Positions 34,601 through 48,927 of a stretch of 64,000 nt of DNA are shown in pieces; the first letter of the stretch is position 1; every line of letters begins with the position of its first letter. Below the pieces are notes generated by a model. It was not told the DNA's origin, did no database searches, and saw nothing but the letters and a program-made list of their open reading frames with translations. The position numbers and the translations under genes were made by a program. Origin of the DNA: Nemertoderma westbladi. Lineage: Eukaryota > Animalia > Xenacoelomorpha. Location: contig JAUCBJ010000593.1 of the NCBI GenBank assembly GCA_032718475.1, positions 1 to 64,000 of the forward strand, read 5' to 3'.

Positions 34601-37600
34601 CATCCCACCTCCCTCCACCTCCTCTATGAGGGCCCCCTTCCATATATCCCAGTCTCCCGCCTCCCTCCACCTCCTCTATAAGGCCTCTCCTTCCATATAT
34701 ATCAGCCTCCCACCTCCCTCCATCTCCTCTATAAGGCCTCTCCGCTCTACAACTTGTATTTATTAATGTAGGCATCTCCTTCCATATATCCCAACCTCCC
34801 ACCTCCCTCCATCTCCTCTATAAGGCCTCTCCTTCCATATATCTCAGCCTCCCACCTCCCTCCATCTCCTCTATAAGGCCTCTCCGCTCTACAACTTGTA
34901 TTTATTAATGTAGGCCTCTCCTTCCATATATCCCAACCTCCCACCTCCCTCCATCTCATCTATAAGGCCTCTCCTTCCATATATCCCAGCCTCCCACCTC
35001 CCTTCATCTCCTCTATAAGGTCACCCTTCCATATATCCCAGCCTCCCACCTCCCTCCACCTCCTCTATAAGGGCCCCCTTCCATATATCCCAGTCTCCAA
35101 CCACCCTCCATCTCCTCTATAAGGCCTCTCCTTCCATATATCTCAGCCTCCCACCTCCCTCCATCCCCTCTATAAGGCCTCTCCTTCCATATATCCCAAC
35201 CTCCCACCTCCCTCCATCTCCTCTATAAGGCCTCTCCGCTCTACAACTTGTATTTATTAATGTAGGCCTCTCCTTCCATATATCCCAACCTCCCACCTCC
35301 CTCCATCTCCTCTATAAGGCCTCTCCTTCCATATATCCCAGCCTCCCACCTCCCTTCATCTCCTCTATAAGGTCACCCTTCCATATATCCCAGCCTCCCA
35401 CCTCCCTCCACCTCCTCTATAAGGCCTCTCCTTCCATATATCCCAGTCTCCCACCTCCCTCCATCTCCTCTATAAGGCCTCTCCTTCCATATATCCCAAC
35501 CTCCCACCTCCCACCTCCCTCCACCTCCTCTATAAGGCCCCCCTTCCATATATCCCAACCTCCCACCTCCCTCCATCTCCTCTATAAGGCCTCTCCTTCC
35601 ATATATCCCACCCTCCAACCACCCTCCATCTCCTCTATAAGGCCTCTCCTTCCATATATCCCAGCCTCCCACCTCCCTCCACCTCCTCTATAAGGCCCCC
35701 CCTTCCATATATCCCAGCCTCCCACCTCCCTCCATCCCCTCTATAAGGCCCCCCCTTCCATATATCCCAGCCTCCAACCTCCCTGCATCTCCTCTATAAG
35801 TCCTCTCCTTCCATATATCCCAACCTCCCACCTCCCTCCATCCCCTCTATAAGTCCTCTCCTTCCATATATCCCAACCTCCCACCTCCCTCCACCTCCTC
35901 TATAAGGCCTCTCCTTCCATATATCCCAGCCTCCCACCTCCCTCCACCTCCTCTATAAGGGCTCTCCTTCCATATATCCCAGCCTCCCACCTCCCTCCAT
36001 CTCCTCTATAAGGTCACCCTTCCATATATCCCAGCCTCCCACCTCCCTGCATCTCCTCTATAAGGTCCCCCTTCCATATATCCCAACCTCCCACCTCCCT
36101 CCATCTCCTCTATAAGGCCTCTCCTTCCATATATCCCAGCCTCCCACCTCCCTGCATCTCCTCTATAAGGCCTCTCCTTCCATATATCCCAACCTCCCAC
36201 CTCCCTCCATCTCCTCTATAAGGCCCCCCCTTCCATATATCCCAGCCTCCCACCTCCCTCCATCTCCTCTATAAGTCCTCTCCTTCCATATATCCCAGCC
36301 TCCCACCTCCCTCCATCTCCTCTATAAGGCCTCTCCTTCCATATATCCCAGCCTCCCACCTCCCTCCACCTCCTCTATAAGGCCCCCCCTTCCATATATC
36401 CCAGCCTCCAACCTCCCTGCATCTCCTCTATAAGTCCTCTCCTTCCATATATCCCAACCTCCCACCTCCCTCCACCTCCTCTATAAGGCCCCCCCTTCCA
36501 TATATCCCAGCCTCCAACCTCCCTGCATCTCCTCTATAAGTCCTCTCCTTCCATATATCCCAACCTCCCACCTCCCTCCATCCCCTCTATAAGGCCTCTC
36601 CTTCCATATATCCCAGCCTCCCACCTCCCTCCACCTCCTCTATAAGGCCCCCCCTTCCATATATCCCAGCCTCCCACCTCCCTCCATCTCCTCTATAAGG
36701 TCCTCTCCTTCCATATATCCCAACCTCCCACCTCCCTCCATCTCCTCTATAAGGCCTCTCCTTCCATATATCCCAGCCTCCCACCTCCCTCCACCTCCTC
36801 TATAAGGCCCCCCCTTCCATATATCCCAGCCTCCCACCTCCCTTCATCTCCTTTCTAAGGGCCCCCCTTCCATATATCCCAGCCTCCCACCTCCCTCCAC
36901 CTCCTCTATAAGGTCACCCTTCCATATATCCCAGCCTCCCACCTCCCTCCATCTCCTCTATAAGGCCCCTCCTTCCATATATCCCAGCCTCCCACCTCCC
37001 ACCATCTCCTCTATAAGGCCTCTCCTTCCATATATCCCAACCTCCCGCCTCCCTCCATCCCCTCTATAAGGCCTCTCCTTCCATATATCTCAGCCTCCCA
37101 CCTCCCTCCATCTCCTCTATAAGGCCTCTCCGCTCTACAACTTGTATTTATTAATGTAGGCCTCTCCTTCCATATATCCCAACCTCCCACCTCCCTCCAT
37201 CCCATCTATAAGGCCTCTCCTCCCATATATCCCAGCCTCCCACCTCCCTCCATCTCCTCTATAAGGTCTCCCTTCCATATATCCCAGCCTCCCACCTCCC
37301 TCCATCTCCTCTATAAGGCCTCTCCGCTCTACAACTTGTATTTATTAATGTAGGCCTCTCCTTCCATATATCCCAGCCTCCCACCTCCCTCCATCTCCTC
37401 TATAAGGTCTCCCTTCCATATATCCCAGCCTCCCACCTCCCTCCATCTCCTCTATAAGGCCTCTCCGCTCTACAACTTGTATTTATTAATGTAGGCCTCT
37501 CCTTCCATATATCCCAACCTCCCACCTCCCTCCATCTCCTCTATAAGGCCTCTCCTTCCATATATCCCAACCTCCCGCCTCCCTCCATCTCCTCTATAAG

Positions 37601-39940
37601 GTCTCCCTTCCATATATCCCAGCCTCCCACCTCCCTCCATCTCCTCTATAAGGCCTCTCCGCTCTACAACTTGTATTTATTAATGTAGGCCTCTCCTTCC
37701 ATATATCCCAACCTCCCACCTCCCTCCATCTCCTCTATAAGGTCTCCCTTCCATATATCCCAGCCTCCCACCTCCCTCCATCTCCTCTATAAGGCCTCTC
37801 CGCTCTACAACTTGTATTTATTAATGTAGGCCTCTCCTTCCATATATCCCAACCTCCCACCTCCCTCCATCTCCTCTATAAGGCCTCTCCTTCCATATAT
37901 CCCAACCTCCCGCCTCCCTCCATCTCCTCTATAAGGTCTCCCTTCCATATATCCCAGCCTCCCACCTCCCTCCATCTCCTCTATAAGGCCTCTCCGCTCT
38001 ACACTTGTATTTTTATGAGGCCTCTCCTTCCATATATCCCAGCCTCCCACCTCCCTCCATCTCCTCTATAAGGCCTCTCCGCTCTACAACTTGTATTTAT
38101 TAATGTAGGCCTCTCCTTCCATATATCCCAGCCTCCCACCTCCCTCCATCTCCTCTATAAGGGCCTCACTCCTCTCCATATATCCCAGCCTCCCACCTCC
38201 CTCCACCTCCTCTATAAGGTCTCCCTTCCATATATCCCAGCCTCCCACCTCCCTCCATCTCCTCTATAAGGCCTCTCCGCTCTACAACTTGTATTTATTA
38301 ATGTAGGCCTCTCCTTCCATATATCCCAACCTCCCACCTCCCTCCACCTCCTCTATAAGGCCTCTCCTTCCATATATCCCAGCCTCCCACCTCCCTCCAT
38401 CTCCTCTATAAGGTCTCCCTTCCATATATCCCAGCCTCCCACCTCCCTCCATCTCCTCTATAAGGCCTCTCCGCTCTACAACTTGTATTTATTAATGTAG
38501 GCCTCTCCTTCCATATATCCCAACCTCCCACCTCCCTCCACCTCCTCTATAAGGCCTCCCTTCCATATATATCAGCCTCCCACCTCCCTCCATCTCCTCT
38601 ATAAGGCCTCTCCTTCCATATATCCCAACCTCCCGCCTCCCTCCATCCCCTCTATAAGGCCTCTCCTTCCCCATATATCCCAACCTCCCGCCTCCCTCCA
38701 TCCCCTCTATAAGGCCTCTCCTTCCATATATCTCAGCCTCCCACCTCCCTCCATCTCCTCTATAAGGCCTCTCCGCTCTACAACTTGTATTTATTAATGT
38801 AGGCCTCTCCTTCCATATATCCCAACCTCCCACCTCCCTCCATCTCCTCTATAAGGCCTCTCCTTCCATATATCCCAACCTCCCGCCTCCCTCCATCCCC
38901 TCTATAAGGCCTCTCCTTCCATATATCCCAGCCTCCCACCTCCCTCCATCTCCTCTATAAGGCCTCTCCGCTCTACAACTTGTATTTATTAATGTAGGCC
39001 TCTCCTTCCATATATCCCAGCCTCCCACCTCCCTCCATCTCCTCTATAAGGCCTCTCCTTCCATATATCTCAGCCTCCCACCTCCCTCCATCTCCTCTAT
39101 AAGGCCTCTCCGCTCTACAACTTGTATTTATTAATGTAGGCCTCTCCTCCCATATATTCCAACCGCCCACCTCCCTCCACCTCCTCTATAAGGCCCCCCC
39201 TTCCATATATCCCAGCCTCCCACCTCCCTCCATCTCCTTTCTAAGGGCCCCCCTTCCATATATCCCAACCTCCCACCTCCCTCCACCTCCTCTATAAGGC
39301 CTCTCCTTCCATATATCCCAACCTCCCACCTCCCTCCATCCCCTCTATAAGGCCCCCCCCCTTCCATATATCCCAGCCTCCCACCTCCCTTCATCTCCTT
39401 TCTAAGGGCCCCCCTTCCATATATCCCAACCTCCCACCTCCCTTCATCTCCTCTATAAGGGATCCCCTTCCATATATCCCAACCTCCCACCTCCCTTCAT
39501 CTCCTCTATAAGGGATCCCCTTCCATATATCCCAGTCTCCAACCTCCCTTCATCTCCTCTCGAAGGGCCCCCCTTCAATATATCCCAGCCTCCCACCTCC
39601 CTCCACCTCCTCTATAAGGCCTCTCCGCTCTACAACTTGTATTTATTAATGTAGGCCTCTCCTTCCATATATCCCAGCCTCCCACCTCCCTCCATCTCCT
39701 CTATAAGGTCTCCCTTCCATATATCCCAACCCCCACCTCCCTCCATCTCCTCTATAAGGCCTCTCCGCTCTACAACTTGTATTTAGTAATGTAGGCCCCC
39801 CCTTCCATATATCCCAACCTCCCACCTCCCTCCACCTCCTCTATAAGGCCTCTCCTTCCATATATCCCAGCCTCCCACCTCCCTCCATCTCCTCTATAAG
39901 GCCTCTCCGCTCTACAACTTGTATTTATTAATGTAGGCCC
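31651..39940. repeat. CT-rich satellite, right part, with interspersed GCTCTACAACTTGTATTTATTAATGTAGGCCTCTCC variant and a 1341-bp higher-order duplication
   Basis: Tandem ~52-bp units. Near-identical spurious ORFs recur at a 1341-bp offset (32752 vs 34093; 33672 vs 35013). Confidence 0.96.
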
Positions 39941-41519
39941 CTATACTTTCGCGCCCAAATCATCTGGCTTATATATATAATCTCCAGGATATATTACTGA
40001 TATACTGTATCAGTATATACTGTATTACACTGTGTTGCCGCGATTATTTATTTATTCAAAGGAAACCCAATACGGGATTAAACGGAATATCCTGTTACAT
40101 TAATCCAAACAAGAGTAATGAATAGGCACCATATTTATATATTCCTCGCTAGTATTGTAGTATGTAGGCGAAGGAAGGTGAGATTTGTATCAACACATTA
40201 CAAAATTATTATTTTAAAGATACTTCACATTCATGATGTTTGACATTCAGTTAGCATAATTCATCTCAATGACACCGTCACCGAACCGTAAATATTAATT
40301 CTTCGCAATGCTCTTATCCTGGAGAGAAAAAATTGATTCATTAAACTATAAACTTTCGGTTGTCATATATATAGTGTGGGGCGAGCCATGAAGTAATGTG
40401 AGTATTACTAGCGTACGTACTAGTGCTATTAATCAATTTGCCTGTATGGAGTAGGCCTAAACCAAATTTGGTGCACACGAAGTCTGTCAAATGTTTATAA
40501 AATATTTTGTGTGGGGAACTTTGTAGTTCTCCAGCTTTTAATTGTTTGCGATCCTCTGCGGTTAGTTATCTATAATTGGTTCCTGTTATAACCAAGTTAT
40601 ATAACCGGGATGCTGCATTGAGAATGCTATGCGGTTATCGACAAAGGTGCGAATAACTTTGGCAAGATTATCCGAATCTCCAAGGTAGTGCCATTTAAGA
40701 GGCAGCTCAAGACAGTCATTGGCTGTCCAGGTCCACCTTGCTTATTATCTCCATGAGGCCGCCAAAGCACAAGATGATGCACTGACTGGTCCTCAAGGTA
40801 TAATCTCCTGCAAAGTGGTCGCTGGACGCTTCATCGTCGAACGACGTGTCGTGAACGACGGTCGGTGAACATTTCAAAATAAAACACTGAGACTGAGAAT
40901 AATAGTAAGACCGTTAAATAACATAAGGACCATAAAATCAGGTCTGTGGAGACCGTATAATAATGTTTTAACCTTTTTCGCTTAGCTCGGAAACTTGGTG
41001 CTGCGAACACCACAACTTTGTCACTGCCTAAATATCAGTGGAAACATTACGGACAGTCGCAAGTAAAATAAGTGAATTGAAAGTATTTTGGTCACCTTTT
41101 TCTTTTTCTTTTGGATTTTATCCCTTTTTGAAGCGGTGGAGCCTTTTGGTTGGCTGTTCATTCAGCTTAATAATTATACTATAAGCTTCCTATATTATCT
41201 GAATCCCGGAGAAGTGAGTATCGATTTAATTTGAAACCCGCGAATCAAGCGAAGTCTCCAAAACTCGACTGCACCCCCATACGAGCACAAGTTCTACTGC
41301 TGTTCTAAATAATGTAACCTTGGGTTTTCATTTTATTGAAGGAATTCACATGACTTCCATATCCATGATCCAAAGTATCTGTTGTCATTAACATGCGCAA
41401 GCACACCATCCATGGAGCTTATGCTCATACAATCAGCATTTCATGAAACTTGGGCCTTCTTGGAATTATTAACATCTAAAAAATAAAAGAAATTACTTAT
41501 ACTTATTATATCATTAGAA

Positions 41520-41641
41520 GCAAGCAGACTGCTCCAACGTGCCGAGGAGCTCAGTTGGGCTTCCTCCAGTGATTCTGAGAGTACTCCTAAGTCATCAGCA
41601 AAGTCTAGACTAGTAGGGTAGTCGGTAAGGTGTTTGGCTGG
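41520..41641 (-). pseudogene. LINE reverse transcriptase fragment (catalytic motif)
   Basis: Minus strand reads PAKHLTDYPTSLDFADDLGVLSESLEEAQ. Confidence 0.7.
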
Positions 41642-42577
41642 ATCTCTTCAATTGAAACGAGTTATTAATTCGCTGAGGTGGGATTTGCGTCAAGGGATTT
41701 GCATAATTTTGCTGCAATAGTCGCTACTTTACAAGTACAAGAGTGGGATTTAATTTCCTCCTTAAGTTACGACATGACGTTCCTTTCAGCCCTTCTTACC
41801 TTCCGTTCATAAACTAATTACTGAAGTACACCAACCTGTCTGCCATTTCCCCATGTGGCTGGCTACCCGTTACTTCTTTATAAGGTTTGTGCCATTGTTG
41901 GGTGAGGACCAAGGACTATTACTAATAGAATTCCATGACGGGAACTTGAGTGACGGAGAGACAAATTACAATAGTAGACAGACAGTCGGGAGTTGAACGG
42001 CATTGATAAAATATATGTGAAACCCCAATACACTACTTGATTATGAACCGATGGTCAACCAGATTCCTAGTTCAATTGGACCGCAAGAGATTTCTGTCAC
42101 TTTCTGCCGATTACTTTCGCGTTTGGGTGGATTTCGGGTTCGGGCAGATAGTTTATCGATTTGAGATCGGCCCCCAGTCCCGAAGGAAGAATCGGCCACT
42201 CGTGGCGCTGGGAATTATCCACCAGAGATGTCAAATTTCCGAACGCAACAACAAAAAGCGATCGATAAACTATGGCTTTCTCGTTAGATATACCAGTTTA
42301 GTTTGGCCTAATAAAGTCCTTTCTTTAGAGCTATCCCGGTTCACAAAGCTGTTGTATTGACTTCGCTAGCCCCATATGGCGCGAGTGTAATATATTCGGG
42401 AATTATTAAGATATTTTTCCCGAACATATAATGCGGGATATTGCGTGGCGCGAATACGAGTTTAGTTTGAGATGTAAGTAAACTTATACTACAATCCCAC
42501 CCGCACCCGATCAATTTTATATTAAGTGCAATATCATGTAAAATATTATTACAATATGGAATTATTATTGGTTGCAG

Positions 42578-42780
42578 ATGGTTATACATTTACATTCAAT
42601 GGAACTCAACATATTTGGATACGGTTGAGTAGCTATCCTCCCACAACTTCTTCCGTAAATTATCGCTCCGATGATAATATCAGCATTCGGTTTAGTAGTT
42701 ACAGACGGGATGGGCTGCTTCTCTTCATGGGCTCCACGGTCAACGACCAGTTCCTAAAAGTTGAGATTGGCGATGACAAG
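42578..42780 (+). CDS. Internal exon encoding the N-terminal part of a laminin-G-like domain (neurexin/laminin/crumbs-type protein)
   Basis: TTGCAG acceptor and AAG|GTTAAT donor. Translation DGYTFTFNGTQHI..NISIRFSSYRRDGLLLFMGSTVNDQFLKVEIGDDK fits LamG F.G..I..RF....DGLLL..G...FL.VEI. Confidence 0.65.
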
Positions 42781-44521
42781 GTTAATATTGTACAATATTT
42801 TAATTTATAATATTTGATATTGGCCGGTTATTATTTATTTCTTCCAATCTTTGTATTTACACCGGACCAACCTATTATACGCTGGTAATAGCAGCACTGT
42901 TTTGGTAATAATAATCTCCAAAAGAAAATTGACCTAAATAAGAAATAACAGCTGATTACTAGTTTATCGTTTTGGTTACCATCACGTGCCATAGTAACCT
43001 ACGGCCCTTTCCCTTAATACGAGATATTAATTCGATATGCATCAATAGTCCTCCAACTTACCCCTAAATAATCTAAGCAACCGATAATTCTTTAATTAAC
43101 AATTAATTAACATAATTTTGATAGTCGCCATTATTATTCCCCATTTTCGAGATAATTACAGTTGTTTTGTAAAAATTTATTTTCTGAATTGATATATTAT
43201 TATTAACATTGCCAAGTTAAAATTGCAAAAGGTGATCCGGTTTCTGACAGGTTATTATCAAACTGGGGGAAATCAGTCTGAGGCTAGCTAGGAAATCAAC
43301 GGTGGTGAAGCTTTGTGAAGAACCAACGTCAACTTCAATCTCATAACACATTTATTACGCCAATTCATAAGTGATTGAAGGCTCACCAAAGCTATCAATA
43401 CTCAAGGGGTTGGTTACCTTGAAAAAGAAAATTAATACATTGTTTTGTATTTTTCCTTGGGATCTAGTTATTCTGAGACGTGAAATTACATGTGGGAAAT
43501 AAACGTGAACTTTCAACCATCGATACGGGATCCCCAGAGAGTGTAGGGACGACTGGACCGATTGATATGGATGATATGCAGATAGGTTTTAGGTAGACGC
43601 CCACTGTGAGAGGAATTAAACTTGAGCATACCATGCGAAATATATACCTGATAGAATTCTCTCGCGCTCAACTTGGTATTAATTCGGGAGAGTACATTAA
43701 TGTATGTGTGCATGGTGTGTCCAGCATTAGTAAAACAATCCAATCTTAACTAATGAAAAAATTCTTCCCAGTTGGTGTCAGTAGTAGGTGAGGGTCGCAG
43801 ATGGTTGATGTCGTTAAGTGATGATATACAATCTTATAATGATAAACGCAAACCGGTTCGGTAGCACAACATTGCCATTTAGTGCCCCGTACTGATGTTT
43901 TACCTGAGAAACTGGCTTCCCAAACAATCCACAACTCTAAATAGGATACTGAGATAGTGGAATCATGTTCAATGAAGTGCGAGTAATAATAACCCAACCA
44001 TGTTGAGTAATTAATTCACATACAATTTGCACACACACATAATATATACTACTAACTACAGCATAAATACGAAGCACGAAGAAAAATACAGGGTAAATTA
44101 TTTGAATTCGTAGGTAAGTTGTACTATTTTGCGTAACAGGATATTGCATTCCTGACAGGCTCATTGTCCAAGTAGCCGTAGAAGTAGCCGTACACAGCCG
44201 TACACAATGCAAAAACCAATCGCTACTTCTCTCATCAAATGAGACAGCCATCCTATGGAATTCGTATGATTCAAATGAAATTCACTTTATTACAGCTTAC
44301 AGGATATACTACACAACATCAGCCTCTTTCCCAATCAAATAAGGGAAAACTTTCGCGCTGATTGAGAAACCCGATCGAATGTGCCTCGGCCTCGGGGCAT
44401 CTTCTCCTTGACAATTGTAATTCAGTCTAGGACAACAAGTCTCCTAGGGTAACAACAGTCGCTATGGAATATTGTAAACATGGTGAATTACACAGCCAAC
44501 TAACAGGCATCATTTATATAA

Positions 44522-44920
44522 CTGCAGGTTGCATCTCGTGTTGGTCTTTTTGTAAACTCCAAAAAGACCAAAATCATGACAGTTAATCTAGACAGCGCTC
44601 AGGAAATGTCTGATCGTAAGGGAATAAGCTCTATAAGGGGCAGCTTGCTTGAGCACGTAGATGACTTCTGCTACTTGGGATCATGGATCAGAAATTCAGG
44701 TGAAGACCGACCTTCGGATACGTAAGAAGAGGCATGGGAAGCGTTAAATAGTGTGTCCAGGATTTGGAAGTCCCATAGAATAAAACGGACCTTAAGGTTC
44801 GATTATTTATAAGGCTGCAGTAGTACCAGTACTCCTCTATGGGAGTCCATGCTGGGCTCTAACTGCTGAGGACACCAAATCTCTGGATGGCTCATTCACA
44901 AGAATGCTACGCCGGGTTCA
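44522..44920 (+). pseudogene. RTE-clade LINE RT C-terminal fragment
   Basis: VGLFVNSKKTKIM..LEHVDDFCYLGSWI..AWEALNSVSRIWKS..VVPVLLYGSPCW..LDGSFTRMLRRV, with frameshifts. Confidence 0.8.
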
Positions 44921-46436
44921 CTGTGACAAGTACAATGCCACATCTACAACCAGACACTATATAACATTGGAGGTGTCTCATTGGTTGCCCCAAGCTTGGT
45001 TGACCTTTAGTAGTTAGAACCCAACATATGGGCTGCCGTAGAGCAACACATGCTCCACAGCAGCAAGGAAAAGGGAAAAATTAGATATCATAATGTAATC
45101 CAATAAATTCGTTACGATATAAAGTTATATATCACAGATTGCATGACTTCTAGTAAATGAAATGTAATATAACGTGACACAGTCCAATTATTTTACTGAA
45201 ATTAAAATCCTTATAAATGACAGCGTTGTGATTAGTAATTTTATAACTCTCTCATCATCAAGAATAAGTTCTTTTATAAGAATAAATTATATTTCCTGTT
45301 GACACCACGGCACCATTTGTGACAGACAGATTTGCAATTATTATTGTAAATGCAACGTATGACTGCAACAGTCCGGATAAAATGTAAGTATTATAATACG
45401 GCGGACTAAATCATAAGAAAACGAAAGGAGAGTAAAATAATACCAGATTGGAGAAAGATGGAGATAATAGTTGAGTGGCTGGCAACGGAACTACAAGAGA
45501 CGACGCATGCCGCACTTAATAACGACCTAGAATGGGTACTGGAATAGTTCAGATAGAATTAATATGATATGAAAGGGTCCGAGGCGTGTGGGGTGGGGGG
45601 GGGGGGGGGGGGGGGGGTGCGTGACATTGTTAGGTTTAGCTGAGAGTTGCGAAGTAACTTTAACATTAGATCAACGTAATTAATTACCTTTCATTAAATT
45701 ATTATAGAGAGAATTTGTCTTGGAGTCATTTCCATTACCATTAAACCCTATTGAAATAAAGTTTGGGTTACTTTATCGGTCACAGATGGGTGATATGGAT
45801 GCTAAAGTCTATCTTTATTGATTATCGTTGCAACAACTGTGCAGTTGTTTATCGGTTTAGCGTAATTCATAGTATATTTTAAGAGTTAAGATCCAAACCG
45901 GCTCTACTAAACGTTGGTAACACAACGAACCGCAGTAGAGGAACATCCAGTGCCTCAACCACATGGTACTTTGTTATTCGCGATCGGTTAATTCGTGCCA
46001 TTATTATTTTATTAATAGTTTGGTATGTGAGCGAGCGAGTGGTTGTACCGAATTGGTACGACGTATTGATTGACATTACGGAGGTGTAATCTCATGGGGG
46101 GCAGTTCTCTGGAGCGCGACACGAATTGATAAAACTCAACCAAGAAAATTATCCGATTCAGTAAACACAATAGTATACAGTCACTACTACATCCCAAGAT
46201 TAAAAATGGCTTTATTACGTGTTAACGCTATTAAAATATTAATATTAATTCGACTTGAATTAACAAAACAAACAATAATTTCTAACGGGAATGAATGTCA
46301 CCCAAGGATTAAATACAATATATTTTCTACGATGTTAATATGCAATACGAGGTGAAGAGAGTAAGAGAGGAGGAGAGGAGGGTGTTATATGGAAATTATA
46401 TTTACATTTTAAATTATTTATATTGAAAGAACTCGT

Positions 46437-46636
46437 GGGTAATACGGGGGAAGGTATAGAAAGATAGAGAGAGGCATCGTGGGTAATACGGGGGAAGGTA
46501 TAGAAAGATAGAAAGGCAGACTCGCGCAAACCAGTAATACGGGGGAAGGTATAGAAAGATAGAGAGTGGCAGACTCGCGCAAACCAGTAATACGGGGGAA
46601 GGTATAGAAAGATAGAGAGTGGCAGACTCGCGCAAA
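46437..46636. repeat. Minisatellite GTAATACGGGGGAAGGTATAGAAAGATAGAGAG.., 4 copies
   Basis: Direct tandem copies. Confidence 0.88.
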
Positions 46637-47101
46637 CAAAAGGTAAAAGAATCACAATTTTAAATTCTCTATTTGTCACAGTTACTGTACTACATATTTG
46701 TTGTCAAGGGCACCTGTTTCTAACCAACAAACTCTACAGATCTGGCAAGTTAAATGAGCAACCCGACCCGAATAAAAAACACTATGGTAACCTAGACAGG
46801 ATATGTGAGGTTTCAGATTCAATAAAGTATATTATCTATCACGAATTTATATTTATGTTAGATGGCGTAACAAATTCACATACGGCAAAACATTTGTATG
46901 AATCGATATTTTTTATGTTAAATCACAATTCATTAAGTGAATTCGACCGCAATAAAAATATGAATTATTAATATTAAGATGGCATTTGATTTCCTTCGAC
47001 CTTAACGAATCATTAATCAGCAAAAAATCAATTCATTTCGGATTCACTCTCATTACCGCAAATTCAAAATTATTAACAGGCTAAAATATTAAGTGATTTA
47101 T

Positions 47102-48343
47102 CTAAGGAAACTCGTAACTGCCACACATTACACTCGGCAATAGTTGGACCCCCTGTTGGGAGACCGTCCTCTTGAAATCCTCTTTAACCTCAACCAATAA
47201 GCCATTATCCGTGAGAACGTCTAACGCAGTTAGGGTCAATGACCTCGCAGACCGTACAGCTGCTACATATGCCCCGTCTGTGGCTGCTACTGTAGCAAAC
47301 TCTCGTGTGTGATTGGCCACAGAGGCCTGACCAATCCCGTAGAACGGGTGAATGCTGGGAACTGTAACGGAAAAGTTCCCCATATCTGTAGAGCCGAGCA
47401 TAGCCACAGTTTCATCCTCATCGTAATCCACTCCCAACTCGGTAGCATACCGGAAGTAGCGTGATATCATCGGGACGTTCTGCAGTAACGGCATGTACGG
47501 TTTATCGGAAAATGTCATCTTCATAGAACATCCGGTTGCCATGGCAGCCGATTGGAAGCATTTATAAACCCTCTGTTGCAGTTCAACTAGGTCGCCTACA
47601 GTAGCGGCGCGCACGAAGAACTGTAATTGGCTGCTTTCCGGTATTATATTGGGTTTAACTCCTCCTTCGGAAATGATCACGTGGACTCGATACGACGGTT
47701 TAAACTGCTGTCGCAACGCGCTGATGTTCTGGTAGGCGAGGACCGCAGCGTCTAGGGCATTGACCCCAAGCCACGGGAATGCGGCAGCGTGGGAGGCTTT
47801 CCCGAAGAACCGTACGTCTCCCATAGAAACCGCGAGACTGATGGCTCGTCTATAGTCCGCCGGAGTCGGATGCGACATTAACGCCACGTCGACCCCTTCT
47901 AGCGCCCCCGCGCGGATCATTTCTACTTTCCCGCTGGGTAGCTCCTCGGCTGGGGTTCCCATGACGACCAACCGACCCCCGATCTCAGGGTGTGACGTCA
48001 TCACCTGTTTAACGGATGTTCCAGCGAGCAGTCCGGTTATCGCGATCAGGTTGTGTCCGCACGCGTGTCCGATCTCCGGTAGAGCGTCGTACTCACAGAC
48101 GACGCAGACGGTAGGTCCCGGGCGTCCGGTATCGTAAATCGCCCTGAATGCGGTCGGAAGGATGTAGGATCGATCTACGGAGAACCCTTTACTCGATAAA
48201 TACTCAGTTAGTATGTCGTGTGACTTGACCTCTTTGTAAGCTAGTTCCGGGTTAGAGTGGAGACTGTTACTGATCTTACGCAGCTCGCATTCCTCCTGGT
48301 TAATCACACCATCTATGATTTCGGAGAATTTCGTAGCCGACAT
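47102..48343 (-). CDS. PM20D2: Peptidase M20 domain-containing protein 2 / ACY1L2-like dipeptidase (413 aa, no intron in CDS)
   Basis: HSNPELAYKE, CEYDALPEIGHACGHNLI, GTPAEE, GKASHAAAFPWLGVNALDAAV, GGVKPNIIP, GSTDMGN, NHTREF. Confidence 0.9.
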   Translation of the reverse strand: MSATKFSEIIDGVINQEECELRKISNSLHSNPELAYKEVKSHDILTEYLSSKGFSVDRSYILPTAFRAIYDTGRPGPTVCVVCEYDALPEIGHACGHNLIAITGLLAGTSVKQVMTSHPEIGGRLVVMGTPAEELPSGKVEMIRAGALEGVDVALMSHPTPADYRRAISLAVSMGDVRFFGKASHAAAFPWLGVNALDAAVLAYQNISALRQQFKPSYRVHVIISEGGVKPNIIPESSQLQFFVRAATVGDLVELQQRVYKCFQSAAMATGCSMKMTFSDKPYMPLLQNVPMISRYFRYATELGVDYDEDETVAMLGSTDMGNFSVTVPSIHPFYGIGQASVANHTREFATVAATDGAYVAAVRSARSLTLTALDVLTDNGLLVEVKEDFKRTVSQQGVQLLPSVMCGSYEFP

Positions 48344-48927
48344 ATTTAATTTAAAAAGAGCAAAGGAGCGCGAAAAATAAAAACAAATTAACTAGCCTAA
48401 TGTGATGAACTACATGTATTGGAGGTGTATTCCCAATTTTGTAGATAAGCTGGCATGGCATTCGCAAATGCAGCTGCAATGCAGTATATTATTTATTGAG
48501 TTGGCACAGTTATATGATGAGCTAAAAACTTTGTTAGGACGTTAATGTTAAATCGTGTAAGAGTAAGGAATGCAGGAGGGGTCGAACTAGTGTAAGCATT
48601 GTAAGCACAAACGAATCCATTACATTACAAGAAAATTTAATAGACCTAAATTAAGGTGAATTCAGCATCGGACTTAATACGATTCAGCACTTAGCTATGT
48701 ATAATTTCTGTAATACGGCAGTAGTACAACGTTCTTGCCCCTCTTATTGCGTTCGCACTGTAATAAAACTTACCATTCGGAACTATTGCTCTACAAAATG
48801 TACAGTAATTAGTAATAACTGTGTCGTAATTGATTGATAGGATTGCTTGATGGGAATAATATTACCAAATTTTGGTTTGAAACATTGTTAGCTGAAGCTT
48901 ACATTTTGTTAAATGGTGTAGCTTACA

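Noticed and set aside
31591-39490. Many Gly/Arg-rich short minus-strand ORFs (also 14656..16563)
   Set aside because: Artefacts of the CT-rich satellite.
42037-42360. ORF containing ADYFRVWVDFGFGQIVYRFEIG, faintly LamG-like
   Set aside because: No convincing splice sites or further motifs, and the opposite strand reads equally plausibly.
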